The notes under the pieces: model-generated
What the model was told of the DNA's origin: nothing
What the model saw: the letters and a program-made list of their open reading frames with translations, nothing else
Database searches by the model: none
Program-made: the position numbers and the translations under genes
Source: an uncultured Gammaproteobacteria bacterium
Lineage (GTDB): Bacteria; Patescibacteriota; Patescibacteriia; UBA10025; JAHIVO01
Assembly: GCA_964592105.1 (NCBI GenBank)
Contig: CAZQBL010000013.1
Span: 17,706 to 81,705 of the forward strand
Reading direction: 5' to 3'
DNA: 64,000 bases
Shown: piece after piece, positions 31,686 to 40,983 of the stretch
Position numbering within the stretch: position 1 is the first letter of the stretch
Layout: every line of letters begins with the position of its first letter

Positions 31686-33185
31686 TTAATCGGTTAAACA
31701 CATAGCCGTGGCCGGATCGCACTCGCTTAAATCCTGCGGTCCGGCGGCGGTGTTAGTATTAGCTGTCTTGTCTACGTCAATACCAGATTCCACCACGGTG
31801 AAGGCGGCGCCAGGCGTAGTCATACCCATAGTACAACTGAAGTTAAGAGTACCGGTTTTGGTGGGGGTAAATTTGATTGTTTTAATGCCCTGACGAGGCA
31901 GCATTTCGGTGATGCCCATTTCAGGCATGGTAATAACTCTAGCACAACCAGCCGCCTGGCTGGCGTCAATTTGCCACTCCACTGTAATCCCTTTCTTCAC
32001 CGTAAAACGGGACGGATAATAGTCGTACCCTTTGACCATCATCTTAACCACCTGCACCCCGTTCGCCTCCTCTGAACTGCCAAGCGCGCCACTACTCTGT
32101 TCAACTGTACTAGTTCGGGACGACCCAGTACCGACTACCGTAATGCCGGCCATAGCAAAACCCCGGCTGATGTTAAAAATACCTACCAGAATCACCACTA
32201 CTCCTGCAAACTGGAAAAAGCGTTTTTGCCAGGCTGCTTTCAAAAAACTGGATACCGCACTAACAGAAAGCAAGGCTGGTAGTGTTCCAAGGGAGAAAAT
32301 CAACATGGTCAGTGCGCCGGTCACCATATCGCCCTTGCTCAAAACATAGAGCTGCAATGCCTGGGTAAACCCGCACGGCAGAAAAAAAGTCAGTGCTCCG
32401 AACAAAAAGGGGGCTATTTTTCCACGGCTGTGACCACCGGCATCATAAATCTTATGAGCGATAAATTTCGGCATCCGGGGCTGGAAACGTGATAGCCAGG
32501 GAAAAACATTCAACAACTGTAAGCCCAAAATAACCATTACCGCGCTGATGACAATGGTTACAATGCCGTTGACCGTCGCGGATAAACTAAGCACCGAACC
32601 CAGTAGCCCAACCGCTCCGCCTAAAACCATATAAGACACAATTCGTCCAGCGTTAAAATACAGATGGACCCGGAACCGTTGCTTACCAGTCAATTCTGGG
32701 TGTTGCTCATTATACCTGGCCGCCACTGCTAATAACAATCCGCCAGTAACCGCCATACAGGTGGAGACGGCGGCTACTAAACCAATCATTAGTACCACGC
32801 CGTAACTCATGTTTTCCGAAACGCCAATATCCGGGAGAATCTGCAACCGACGCAAAATTAAATAAACAGCTACCACAATCAGGGAAATTGCCCCAATTTG
32901 AAAATAGTCTTTTCTTGAATGCTTGACCAAGGCTTCGCCGGAAATAGTATATCCGTGGGTCTGAATCAGACTTTCCAATTCATGAATTTCGGGTCGTCGC
33001 GAGCAAACCAATTCCGCTTTACCCGACGCGTAATTGACTTTTACTTTTTCCACGCCCGGTACCAACCTGAACTGCCGCTCAATCAACACTTCACAGGCGG
33101 CACAATGCATCCCTTTTATTTTTAATTCTATTTTTTGGAAATTATTTGATGACATAATAAAAAACCTAACATTATTAAAATCCAT
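31686..33185 (-). CDS. three-domain fusion: N-terminal HMA domain, multi-TM permease-like core with intramembrane Cys (CcdA/DsbD_2- or TauE-like), C-terminal cupredoxin-like domain
   Basis: GMHCAACEV (HMA); ~8 TM incl. AVSTCMAVTGG and FFLPCGFTQ; C-terminus KTIKFTPTKTGTLNFSCTMGM. Confidence 0.6.
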   Translation of the reverse strand: MDFNNVRFFIMSSNNFQKIELKIKGMHCAACEVLIERQFRLVPGVEKVKVNYASGKAELVCSRRPEIHELESLIQTHGYTISGEALVKHSRKDYFQIGAISLIVVAVYLILRRLQILPDIGVSENMSYGVVLMIGLVAAVSTCMAVTGGLLLAVAARYNEQHPELTGKQRFRVHLYFNAGRIVSYMVLGGAVGLLGSVLSLSATVNGIVTIVISAVMVILGLQLLNVFPWLSRFQPRMPKFIAHKIYDAGGHSRGKIAPFLFGALTFFLPCGFTQALQLYVLSKGDMVTGALTMLIFSLGTLPALLSVSAVSSFLKAAWQKRFFQFAGVVVILVGIFNISRGFAMAGITVVGTGSSRTSTVEQSSGALGSSEEANGVQVVKMMVKGYDYYPSRFTVKKGITVEWQIDASQAAGCARVITMPEMGITEMLPRQGIKTIKFTPTKTGTLNFSCTMGMTTPGAAFTVVESGIDVDKTANTNTAAGPQDLSECDPATAMCLTD

Positions 33186-33229
33186 CTTAAAAACAGGATA
33201 TTCGTGTTAGGCAAAGATGCGCGGCTGAA

Positions 33230-33643
33230 TTACGCCCCGAGCCAGAGCCGCAAGCAAAAAATTGAACAACTTACTTTCCGATTCCCTATTTTTTCATTAC
33301 GCCAGTGCTGCCACGGTGGTGAATAGCCGGCCATAACCTTCTTCACTCCCAGAATTATTGAAACGACCAGTAAAGTCAGAACCAAGAAGACAAGCGGCTC
33401 TTGGTTCAAAATTGCCGCGGAAAAACTCTGCCAAAAAGCCAAATGACCACTCACCCCCATGGGACAGAGCGTGGCACCGCGTTGCCTGAACGGACAATCG
33501 GCCATCAGGTCGTCGGTGCTTATAGTCATGCTTACCAGTAACACAAAAACGCCAGTACCGAAAAAACCGAGCAGACATACTAACGCTGTCAGCGCAAATA
33601 ATTTATTCAGTTGTGATATATGTAAAAATGATAGAAATGGCAT
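33230..33643 (-). CDS. hypothetical Cys-containing membrane protein
   Basis: TM segments plus DCPFRQRGATLCPMG; ORF only. Confidence 0.35.
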   Translation of the reverse strand: MPFLSFLHISQLNKLFALTALVCLLGFFGTGVFVLLVSMTISTDDLMADCPFRQRGATLCPMGVSGHLAFWQSFSAAILNQEPLVFLVLTLLVVSIILGVKKVMAGYSPPWQHWRNEKIGNRKVSCSIFCLRLWLGA

Positions 33644-33730
33644 GATAATGGATATTATATAAGTATATCACAACCGTTATCCCTGCCAAGACGGGCATTT
33701 GCTGTCAACAAATCCTTCACAAAAACGCGC

Positions 33731-33856
33731 CTACTTGCTAACCTTCCAGCGCAAATACTCGGCCATGGTCATTTTTTTCGCCCGAGCTTTTTTGGTAATT
33801 ATCTTCTTGTCCCGAGGGGTCAGGCGTAATGTAAATTTGATAAAATACTTTCCCAT
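33731..33856 (-). CDS. small ribbon-helix-helix (CopG/MetJ-type) DNA-binding protein, 41 aa
   Basis: Hand-translated MGKYFIKFTLRLTPRDKKIITKKARAKKMTMAEYLRWKVSK; matches RHH pattern (beta-strand xRLTxxx, helix, ...SEYIR); not in ORF track. Confidence 0.4.
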   Translation of the reverse strand: MGKYFIKFTLRLTPRDKKIITKKARAKKMTMAEYLRWKVSK

Positions 33857-33924
33857 TTTTTTAAATTAAATTAATTGCAATAATCGTTTATGACCGACAA
33901 TAATTTCGAAGAATTTTTATTGTA

Positions 33925-34260
33925 TCACTGATCTAATTCTTCCATATCCGCGGATCTACGGCAATTTTCTTGAAACAAACCATTCACTTCTCCCTGGGTC
34001 ATTGTCTCAACAATGGAACTCTGAATTTGGCTATCGGGTTCATACAGCCCAGCCAGTGGCTCTTCCGTCGGCACCAGTTTTTCGGCATAAGCCCCTAGCA
34101 CGCGCGGTTGGCGACCAGACACCTGTACCGTCTGGGGCTGGACCTGGATGGCGCCCAGATACGTCCAGGAAAAAACACCGGCCCCTAGGCCGACTACAAC
34201 GATTAAAATCAGATATAATATTACCTGAAAATTTGGTTTGTCCATACTCTTATCTATCAT
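33925..34260 (-). CDS. hypothetical protein with single N-terminal TM
   Basis: ORF plus hydrophobic segment. Confidence 0.35.
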   Translation of the reverse strand: MIDKSMDKPNFQVILYLILIVVVGLGAGVFSWTYLGAIQVQPQTVQVSGRQPRVLGAYAEKLVPTEEPLAGLYEPDSQIQSSIVETMTQGEVNGLFQENCRRSADMEELDQ

Positions 34261-34561
34261 ACTCTACTCAATTATTCAAAAATGTCAAGTCTGTTGACTA
34301 ATAACTTAGGGCTGCGCTTAGCTCTGGAATATGGTCAGAAAAATCCAACATAAAAGCATGGCGATAATAATTACCAGGAATATTTTTAGCTTTGCCGGAG
34401 AAACGTGGTGAGGCTTCTCTGGTCCCGAAGAAAAAATTTTTAAGGCCATTTCAATAAATTTTTAAAACTCAATGTAATGTATTTTTAAGATTGCCTTTAG
34501 CTTTAGCCATTGAGTATTTCTACTCATTTGTCCTTCATCTTCTTGGCTTCTTGGCGAAAGC

Positions 34562-34821
34562 CTAATCCAAATCCACTCTCGAGATGTTCCCCAGCGACAG
34601 CAAGCCAAACAAAACACCAGCCATCTCATCGCTGATTTCCTCCTTGTGGGTGGCGACGTATTCTTTCAACTCATCACCTTTTTTCCACTGGAAATATTCG
34701 ACTATTTCACTGGCTTCAACAATGATATCAATGGCGTCATCTTTTGGCTCGCGACCCTTGTCCCATTCGCGATCAGACTAAATTTCGCTACTTGTTCAGT
34801 TAATTCTTTTAGTTCGTTCAT
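34562..34821 (-). pseudogene. MazG-like nucleotide pyrophosphohydrolase gene interrupted by a -1 frameshift
   Basis: Frame A MNELKELTEQVAKFS then stop; overlapping frame continues SDREWDKGREPKDDAIDIIVEASEIVEYFQWKKGDELKEYVATHKEEISDEMAGVLFGLLSLGNISRVDLD (MazG-type EExxE/ FQW motifs). Confidence 0.45.
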
Positions 34822-34848
34822 ATTTTCTTTTCTAAACACAATTATTAA

Positions 34849-35460
34849 TTACTGAAGCTGGCCCGCCAACTCACGGGTGATAAAATCTTTCAATTTTCTG
34901 AAAGCCAGGCCGCGGTGGCTTAAACTGTTTTTTTCCTCACTGGACATTTCCGCAAATGTCTTATTATGGCCATCGGGGATAAATATCACGTCATAAGGCA
35001 TTAGCGGTCTGACCGGACCATGAGGTTCGGTGGTCAAAAAACCATTTATAGTTCCTGAAAAAATCCAGTACTGCCCTTCCGGCGACACCAAGGCCACCGT
35101 ACAAACGAACTTAGCTTGGCGTTTTTCGGGCGGCAGACCCTCGGTCTTGGCCAAAACTTTTTCGACCAATTGCATACCGCCGGATCCCGCACCCGCATAG
35201 CGCGCCGAATAAACTCCCGGCTCGCCGTTTAAAGCCTCCACGCATAAACCAGAATCATCGGCCACGGCCCATTGCCCGGATCTCTCCGAAACAAACCTAG
35301 CTTTTTTCAAAGCATTAGCCTCAAAGGTTTCCCCATCCTCTTCAACATCATCACTCACGCCCGCCTCATCCGCGCTGACTATATCCAGCGATAAACCACT
35401 TAATATCTGGCGCATTTCTATAATTTTCCCCGAATTATGAGTGGCAAAGACCAATTTCAT
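34849..35460 (-). CDS. rdgB: non-canonical purine NTP pyrophosphatase (Ham1/RdgB)
   Basis: KLVFATHNSGKIIEMRQIL N-terminus, Ham1 fold length. Confidence 0.85.
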   Translation of the reverse strand: MKLVFATHNSGKIIEMRQILSGLSLDIVSADEAGVSDDVEEDGETFEANALKKARFVSERSGQWAVADDSGLCVEALNGEPGVYSARYAGAGSGGMQLVEKVLAKTEGLPPEKRQAKFVCTVALVSPEGQYWIFSGTINGFLTTEPHGPVRPLMPYDVIFIPDGHNKTFAEMSSEEKNSLSHRGLAFRKLKDFITRELAGQLQ

Positions 35461-36017
35461 ATTTTATTTTTTCCAGCCAAGGACACTGCCCTGGTTATTA
35501 GTTTATGAAGTTGTTGAAAAGTCTTGGAATCGACCAGTGATCCATCTGGATTAAAAGCTTTGTCGGCAAAACGGACTGTCACTTGGGGCTGGGGCACTAC
35601 TATGACATTCAGAGAAGCCAAAATCTGACGCAGTTGCGGTTGCATGCGGGCAGTACCGTAGGGACCATCGGAGGCCCCACAAATTACTGCCACTTTACCA
35701 GCAAACGAATTGTCACTCCGCGACGCCCAGTCTATAGCGTTTTTTAGCACACCGGAAACTGAATGGTTGTACTCCGGCGAAGCAATCAGCAGAAGATCGG
35801 CATCAGCAATTAATGATTTAAGCTTTATAACCGGCTCGGGTAAGATCGGTCGCTCAAGGTCTTCATTATATAAAGGCAAAACCAATTCTCTCAAATCGGC
35901 TTCATTAACCCGAGCATCTAAGTCTTCCGCTATTTTTCGTGCTACGCTCAAAAGCCGGCGATTATACGAATTCCGCCGTAAACTGCCGCAGATCGCCAAT
36001 ACTTTTAGATGTTCCAT
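35457..36017 (-). CDS. NAD(P)H-dependent FMN reductase (flavodoxin-like)
   Basis: KVLAICGSLRRNSYNRRLL motif. Confidence 0.75.
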   Translation of the reverse strand: MEHLKVLAICGSLRRNSYNRRLLSVARKIAEDLDARVNEADLRELVLPLYNEDLERPILPEPVIKLKSLIADADLLLIASPEYNHSVSGVLKNAIDWASRSDNSFAGKVAVICGASDGPYGTARMQPQLRQILASLNVIVVPQPQVTVRFADKAFNPDGSLVDSKTFQQLHKLITRAVSLAGKNKI

Positions 36018-36649
36018 GGTTCTAGCAAATTATTTTATTTCATGCAGATTAAAATTAACTACTTCGTCTTTTTCGTTAAAGAGAAAAATGCCGAAAAATT
36101 ATTTAGGCTGCCAAAGGAACGGCAACTCATACCTGCCACTTGACCAAGTCTCCGCATCGGGAGGGCGTCAACCTCAAACCACCTAAGCCTCATTTCTTCA
36201 GATTAATCGGGCTGACCGATAAATTCCGGATATATTCACTCAAACACGTCTGAATTATTTTGAAAACGGAAACTGACGAAGCCATGCTTCGTCACCCGAC
36301 TAACCGCAATACTCGCCTCTTCCATCATCACTACCCACCCGATCGCAATTTCCCAGATTTCCCCGGGCTTAACCTTACCCCCGAAGCCGCTCCAGTGGAC
36401 CGCGCTTTTTCAAACTAAGCATGATCCGTAGGAGCTGATAAACATAACAAAGGGTAAGTAAGGCCCTCATGACACACGTATCCACGTATCAATTATACTA
36501 TACTGCGATATCAGCCGGCTCCATCGAATTTCAATGGCCCGGGTATTGCCAAAATGTTTCTGTAGATTTTACTTCAATAGCTGGCATAGTTGAATCATTA
36601 TAACACTTTTCTGGCTGGCGGACAACTAGATACCTTGATAGTCAAACAG

Positions 36650-36973
36650 TCAGCCACCAGATGCCCAAATAAACTTCGCGTCCTCACCGCTCAAACCGGC
36701 GTCCAACCAGCCGAATTTATTGCTCGTATCGATTCTGGTTAGCGACCATTCATCCGAATCAAAATTAGTAATAATACCTGAAGATTTGCTGCAATTCGCA
36801 TTAGTACCGCATGACTCTGTTAACTTAGCGCTGAGGGGATTTTCATACTCGACCCACTGGCCATTATCGCAGATCCCGTTGTCCTTCGTCGTTAAAACTC
36901 TCAAAAATAACAACAGCCAGCCGCAACAATAATGGCCGCTTCCCAAAATAATATCGCTTTTTCTTTTTTCCAC
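36650..36973 (-). CDS. small secreted Cys-containing hypothetical protein
   Basis: signal-peptide-like N-terminus; ORF only. Confidence 0.35.
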   Translation of the reverse strand: MEKRKSDIILGSGHYCCGWLLLFLRVLTTKDNGICDNGQWVEYENPLSAKLTESCGTNANCSKSSGIITNFDSDEWSLTRIDTSNKFGWLDAGLSGEDAKFIWASGG

Positions 36974-37083
36974 GCTTAATTATCTAATGTTTTCATTTTA
37001 GCGCAAGTCTTACGCCAGGACTTGTGCGCAAAATAAATAAAAGAAGGCTCGTGCAAGACGAGCCATTTTTATGTTTTTTATAA

Positions 37084-37389
37084 TTATTCCCAGGGCCAGG
37101 GTCGCTTCGGAATTTTTATGGAAAATAATGAGCTTTCGAGACGCTGATAACCTAGCGCAATTTCCAAAAAATTCTCCCGATCAACGGTCTTGGGCGCGAA
37201 ACAAACTCGGTTTGAATAATCGACAGCCACCAGAAGCCCGTCCACGGAAAAATAACAGTTGCTAAACTGCGCCGGGGCAGTATTAGCACCAGGCAAAGGC
37301 CAAAACTTTCGCCCAACACCCCAAGTATCTCTGGTGATGTCCCACTGACTTTTTTGCAAAATCCGCGCTGGTTCAAAGCCAAAAGCCAT
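37084..37389 (-). CDS. hypothetical protein
   Basis: ORF only; alternative overlapping frame 37152..37400 exists. Confidence 0.25.
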   Translation of the reverse strand: MAFGFEPARILQKSQWDITRDTWGVGRKFWPLPGANTAPAQFSNCYFSVDGLLVAVDYSNRVCFAPKTVDRENFLEIALGYQRLESSLFSIKIPKRPWPWE

Positions 37390-37503
37390 TTTACCTCCAT
37401 TTTTTGACTTGGTATAAAAAAATGAGCTACTTAAAATAACTTAATGCTTTAAGAAAAAAAGTCAAGACAAACAGCCGTTTGATCCTGTCAAATTAATAAA
37501 TTA

Positions 37504-37779
37504 TTACTTTTTATTATCGGTCTTGTCTGCAAACTTCATTAAAGACATGCTGATCCACACCACTACCACCGTAATAATAATAGCGTAAATAAACTTGGCC
37601 CAAATACTGTTCTTGTCTAAAGGGAAGACAAGGTCAATCAAGTGCCTAATCGCCTCGTTCCAGGCCAGACCGGCCACCAAGCCCAAAGCGCCAATAATAT
37701 AGCCGAGCATCCTGGAGCGGATCTCCCGTCGTAAACTCTTTTTTTCCTCAATCTCTTTCTCACGGTTTTGATTGGCCAT
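37504..37779 (-). CDS. small two-TM membrane protein (DUF5654-like)
   Basis: charged N-terminus then two hydrophobic helices. Confidence 0.45.
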   Translation of the reverse strand: MANQNREKEIEEKKSLRREIRSRMLGYIIGALGLVAGLAWNEAIRHLIDLVFPLDKNSIWAKFIYAIIITVVVVWISMSLMKFADKTDNKK

Positions 37780-37918
37780 ATTAATTTTTTAAATTCTTTT
37801 CATTAACAATTATACACCAGTTTTCTTACCAAACCAAGGCTTGACATAGATGTGGATAATCTGATAAAAATACAAAAAAGAAACGATAAAGTCGCCAGAT
37901 GCTTAAGAAGGAGGGTAA

Positions 37919-38146
37919 ATGAACCAGAAACAGCCCCTTGGTTTTGATGCTTTCGGCCGGCAGTGCATCATCAATATGCTTCTTTCACCCGAAATCATGA
38001 CCCAGAATGAAATTGAGGAAGTCATTAACAAAATGGCTTCGCCAAAATTTGCTGATGCCGAAAAGACTCAACAATTCATAGAACGATTGAATTTGATGGG
38101 AAAAACTCACGCCGCCATTTATGTGGCGAAAATCACGGCCTCATAA
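37919..38146 (+). CDS. hypothetical protein
   Basis: ORF only. Confidence 0.3.
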   Translation: MNQKQPLGFDAFGRQCIINMLLSPEIMTQNEIEEVINKMASPKFADAEKTQQFIERLNLMGKTHAAIYVAKITAS

Positions 38147-38233
38147 CGCTACAGCCGCTCTTTGAAAGAAGAGTGGCAATTTTTTTACTAAAAAACGGCC
38201 GTTGTTTTACAACGACCGTTAGACTTGAAAAAA

Positions 38234-39046
38234 CTAATGAGGACTGCTCTCCTTGGAGTCCTCCACTACGTCCGTTTTGGCTTCCACAGACTCACCGGTA
38301 ACTGGTTCGGTCGCCTTGACTTCGGCTGGGGTTGGCGAAAAAAGTTTAGGTAAGTACCCGATAGGCAAACGTGAGCGGTCGCCAAAGTCGCCGACACCGG
38401 GCCTGATAAAACCGTTCTGGTCAAGTTCACGATCGACTATTACCAGGACAAGATTCACCAGTGGGAATTCTTCCTGAACATGAGCCACGCCTTCGGGTGC
38501 TGCGAACATGGAACAAAAATAAATATTATGCTCCGAGGCGCCATTGTCAATCAAATTCTTAATGGCCAAACATGCAGTATTTCCCGTGGCTAGCATCGGA
38601 TCAAGAACAAAAATCACATCATCCGCAGACGGCGCATAATCATCGCCGAGTTGAGCAACCCAACGAACTTCCAATGTAGTCTCATCACGTTTTGGCCAGA
38701 CATAATGGGTTCGGCTACGCGGAAATTCGTTCTCAAAAGGCCAGCGCATGTCATCGCCGGCCTGCAATACCGGAATCAACACCGGATCAGCCGGACGCTG
38801 CTCGCGTATTTCTTCCAATACCCCCTGAAATGAATACTGTTCCGTACCCAAAAATCTCCGGCAGAACTTAGCCATCAAGGTAGCTAAACACCAGGCGGCT
38901 TTGTTGAAATCAGCCTTATCGGTCTGCGCTTCTCGCAACGTATTAACCAACGTCTGCACTTTTTGACTCAATTTAAGACCATGGATTCTTTCCCAATTGA
39001 ATTTGACACCGTGAATCTGTTCGTACATGCACAAATTGACAAACAT
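38234..39046 (-). CDS. upp: uracil phosphoribosyltransferase (with terminal extensions)
   Basis: PRPP-binding VLDPMLATGNTA and UPRT signature GVGDFGDR. Confidence 0.8.
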   Translation of the reverse strand: MFVNLCMYEQIHGVKFNWERIHGLKLSQKVQTLVNTLREAQTDKADFNKAAWCLATLMAKFCRRFLGTEQYSFQGVLEEIREQRPADPVLIPVLQAGDDMRWPFENEFPRSRTHYVWPKRDETTLEVRWVAQLGDDYAPSADDVIFVLDPMLATGNTACLAIKNLIDNGASEHNIYFCSMFAAPEGVAHVQEEFPLVNLVLVIVDRELDQNGFIRPGVGDFGDRSRLPIGYLPKLFSPTPAEVKATEPVTGESVEAKTDVVEDSKESSPH

Positions 39047-39469
39047 GTTATTCCCTCCTTAAACAGGCGGTTTTTTATTGTTAAATTACCATTTTATTTT
39101 CACCCCATCTTATCACATCCAAAAAATAATGCAAACAAATATTTTTGGCAATAAAAGTTTGGACAAATTTTTGTAAATGATAAATTTTTTTGATTTGTAA
39201 TGGATCTTCATTAAATACGAAAAACATCCAGAAAAACCCAGAATAAATAAAAAATTTTATAAGAAATAGGCCCGGTTAGGTTGAAAAAATCTTCATTGTC
39301 CATTCGGAACCCACGTCCGCCCAAGTTTTTTGGAAAAAATAAAAAATTCTGAACATCGAAATGTCTTTGTCTCTCAAACGGGTCAGAATTTCGTTCTTTA
39401 ATCTTCGGATAAAACAAATCCAAGTTGCGATTTTCGTAGCTGGGATTTAATTTAAAGATTTGCCGTTTA

Positions 39470-39667
39470 TTATCTAACGAGCTCTACTGTAACCACCGCG
39501 ATTACTTCATTTACTCCGACTACGACAAAAGATCTTTCTGCCTTGTTAATCAATATCTTCAACTCCTGACCTTTTGGTGGCGGGAGTTCCAAATCGACAT
39601 AGTCAAGCGTCGTATCCCCGTGAAGGGGATGAATCAAGCGAACGCGCCATTCTAATTTTTCTGCCAT
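39470..39667 (-). CDS. hypothetical protein
   Basis: ORF only. Confidence 0.3.
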   Translation of the reverse strand: MAEKLEWRVRLIHPLHGDTTLDYVDLELPPPKGQELKILINKAERSFVVVGVNEVIAVVTVELVR

Positions 39668-39798
39668 TACGGCCCTCCTTGAAATTTAAAACTACCGATA
39701 ATGAACTTTTTTGTATTCGTCAGAATACAACAAACCAACTTGACTAGTCAGCAAAAAACGTCCAGCGCGTCAAAAAGACCGGCAAAATTTCCCTTAGT

Positions 39799-40497
39799 TT
39801 ACCGAAGTCTTAAATAATGGCTTCTCCTGGCCGGGCCGAACTTCTCAATGGCGTATCGCAACATCGTGCGCGGCATTTTCCTGGCGTATCTATCCAAAAA
39901 TTTTACTTCCAAATTTTGATCGCGTTTGCCAGCTTCGCGCAACATCCAGCCCACGGCTTTGTGCATCAGGTCGTCTTGGTCATTTAACAATATCTCGGCC
40001 AATTTATAAGTATCGCTAAATTCATTATTTCTGATAAAAGCCAAAGTGGCCAAAATAGAAATGCGTCTGTCCCACAGTAATTTTGATTTGGCCAGTTTGT
40101 ACAGAATCTGACGCGGTTTATTCAATAAATAGTTTCCCACAATGTTCGGGGCAGACAGGTCAACCAAATCCCAATTATTGATATTCCGAGTATTGCTCAG
40201 ATACAAATCAAAAATCTTTTGCTTAACCCGAAGATCGCCCTTCTCATACTGTTTGACCAAAATTAACAGGGCCACCAGGCGATGCTCGTGTATTTTACTT
40301 CTTAAAAGCTGCTGAATTTCTGAAAATGTCAGATCCAGATATTTTTTAGCCACCGATCTCTGGACTGGAACTTTTATACCCAGAAAAATATCGCCCTCGC
40401 CGTATTCACCCGGACCGGTTTTGAAAAACCGCTGGAGAATTTTGGCTTGCTGGGGGTTGGCTAAACCTCGAAGTTCTTTTTTAAGTTTAAAAAGCAT
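39799..40497 (-). CDS. DNA alkylation repair protein (AlkC/AlkD-like HEAT-repeat glycosylase)
   Basis: NNWDLVDLSAPNIVGNYL and overall helical-repeat pattern. Confidence 0.7.
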   Translation of the reverse strand: MLFKLKKELRGLANPQQAKILQRFFKTGPGEYGEGDIFLGIKVPVQRSVAKKYLDLTFSEIQQLLRSKIHEHRLVALLILVKQYEKGDLRVKQKIFDLYLSNTRNINNWDLVDLSAPNIVGNYLLNKPRQILYKLAKSKLLWDRRISILATLAFIRNNEFSDTYKLAEILLNDQDDLMHKAVGWMLREAGKRDQNLEVKFLDRYARKMPRTMLRYAIEKFGPARRSHYLRLR

Positions 40498-40576
40498 AAT
40501 TTATTTAATGCATCTAATACTCTTACTAATTTCGTTTTTGCTTTATTTACCTTTTTCACATATAATGAAAATCTAT

Positions 40577-40653
40577 CGGGGTATGGCGCAGTTGGCTAGC
40601 GCGCATGCATGGGGTGCATGAGGCCGTGGGTTCAAGTCCCACTACCCCGACCA
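40577..40653 (+). tRNA. tRNA-Pro (anticodon GGG), CCA encoded
   Basis: Cloverleaf folded by hand: acceptor CGGGGTA/TACCCCG, D-stem GCGC/GCGC, anticodon stem CATGC/GCATG with loop ATGGGGT, T-arm GTGGG-TTCAAGT-CCCAC. Confidence 0.85.
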
Positions 40654-40697
40654 AGTTAGACTTTTTTGAAATTCAGAGGCGATTGGTTGCTCGCTCG

Positions 40698-40761
40698 CCG
40701 CGCCTTTGGCGCGGAAAGCAGACGGGCAAAAATTCCTTCCCCCCAACCCCCTCTTTCCGCC
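40698..40761. repeat. left GC-rich flank repeat: hairpin CCGCGCC-TTT-GGCGCGG plus motif GGGCAAAAATTCCTTCC
   Basis: Imperfect inverted copy of 48005-48098 (17/17 core match, ~75% over ~65 nt). Confidence 0.5.
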
Positions 40762-40921
40762 ACGTCCTCGCTTTGAATGCCGTCGGAATTTGTATTTTGT
40801 TTCGCAAAATGCGTCGCAAGAAAAAGAAGTATTGCCCTTGCCCCAGCCCACCCGTGCGCGGGCGACAACAAGAAACTTCCTATTTGTTGACTAAACAAAT
40901 TAAATTGTGTACTATAATGTT

Positions 40922-40972
40922 AGTATTAGTCATCTAATTGTAGATAAATTATTGTATTTTAATACTAATACT
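40922..40972. promoter_or_regulatory. 9-bp inverted repeat AGTATTAGT...ACTAATACT upstream of XRE regulator gene
   Basis: Seen directly, ends 12 bp before the XRE start codon; candidate autoregulatory operator (C-box-like). Confidence 0.35.
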
Positions 40973-40983
40973 ATCATACCATA

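Noticed and set aside
37152-37400. 82-aa ORF overlapping 37084..37389 in another frame
   Set aside because: The two are mutually exclusive. Neither has motif support; the longer one was kept at low confidence.
39211-39423. 70-aa minus-strand ORF
   Set aside because: Lies in an AT-rich promoter-like spacer between upp and the next gene; no motif or context support
40605-40937. 110-aa ORF starting inside tRNA-Pro and running through the GC-rich left flank; also 40656..40898- and 40642..40851-
   Set aside because: Overlaps a tRNA. Arg/Pro/Gly-rich low-complexity translation of GC-rich repeat DNA. Better explained as non-coding inverted-repeat flank.
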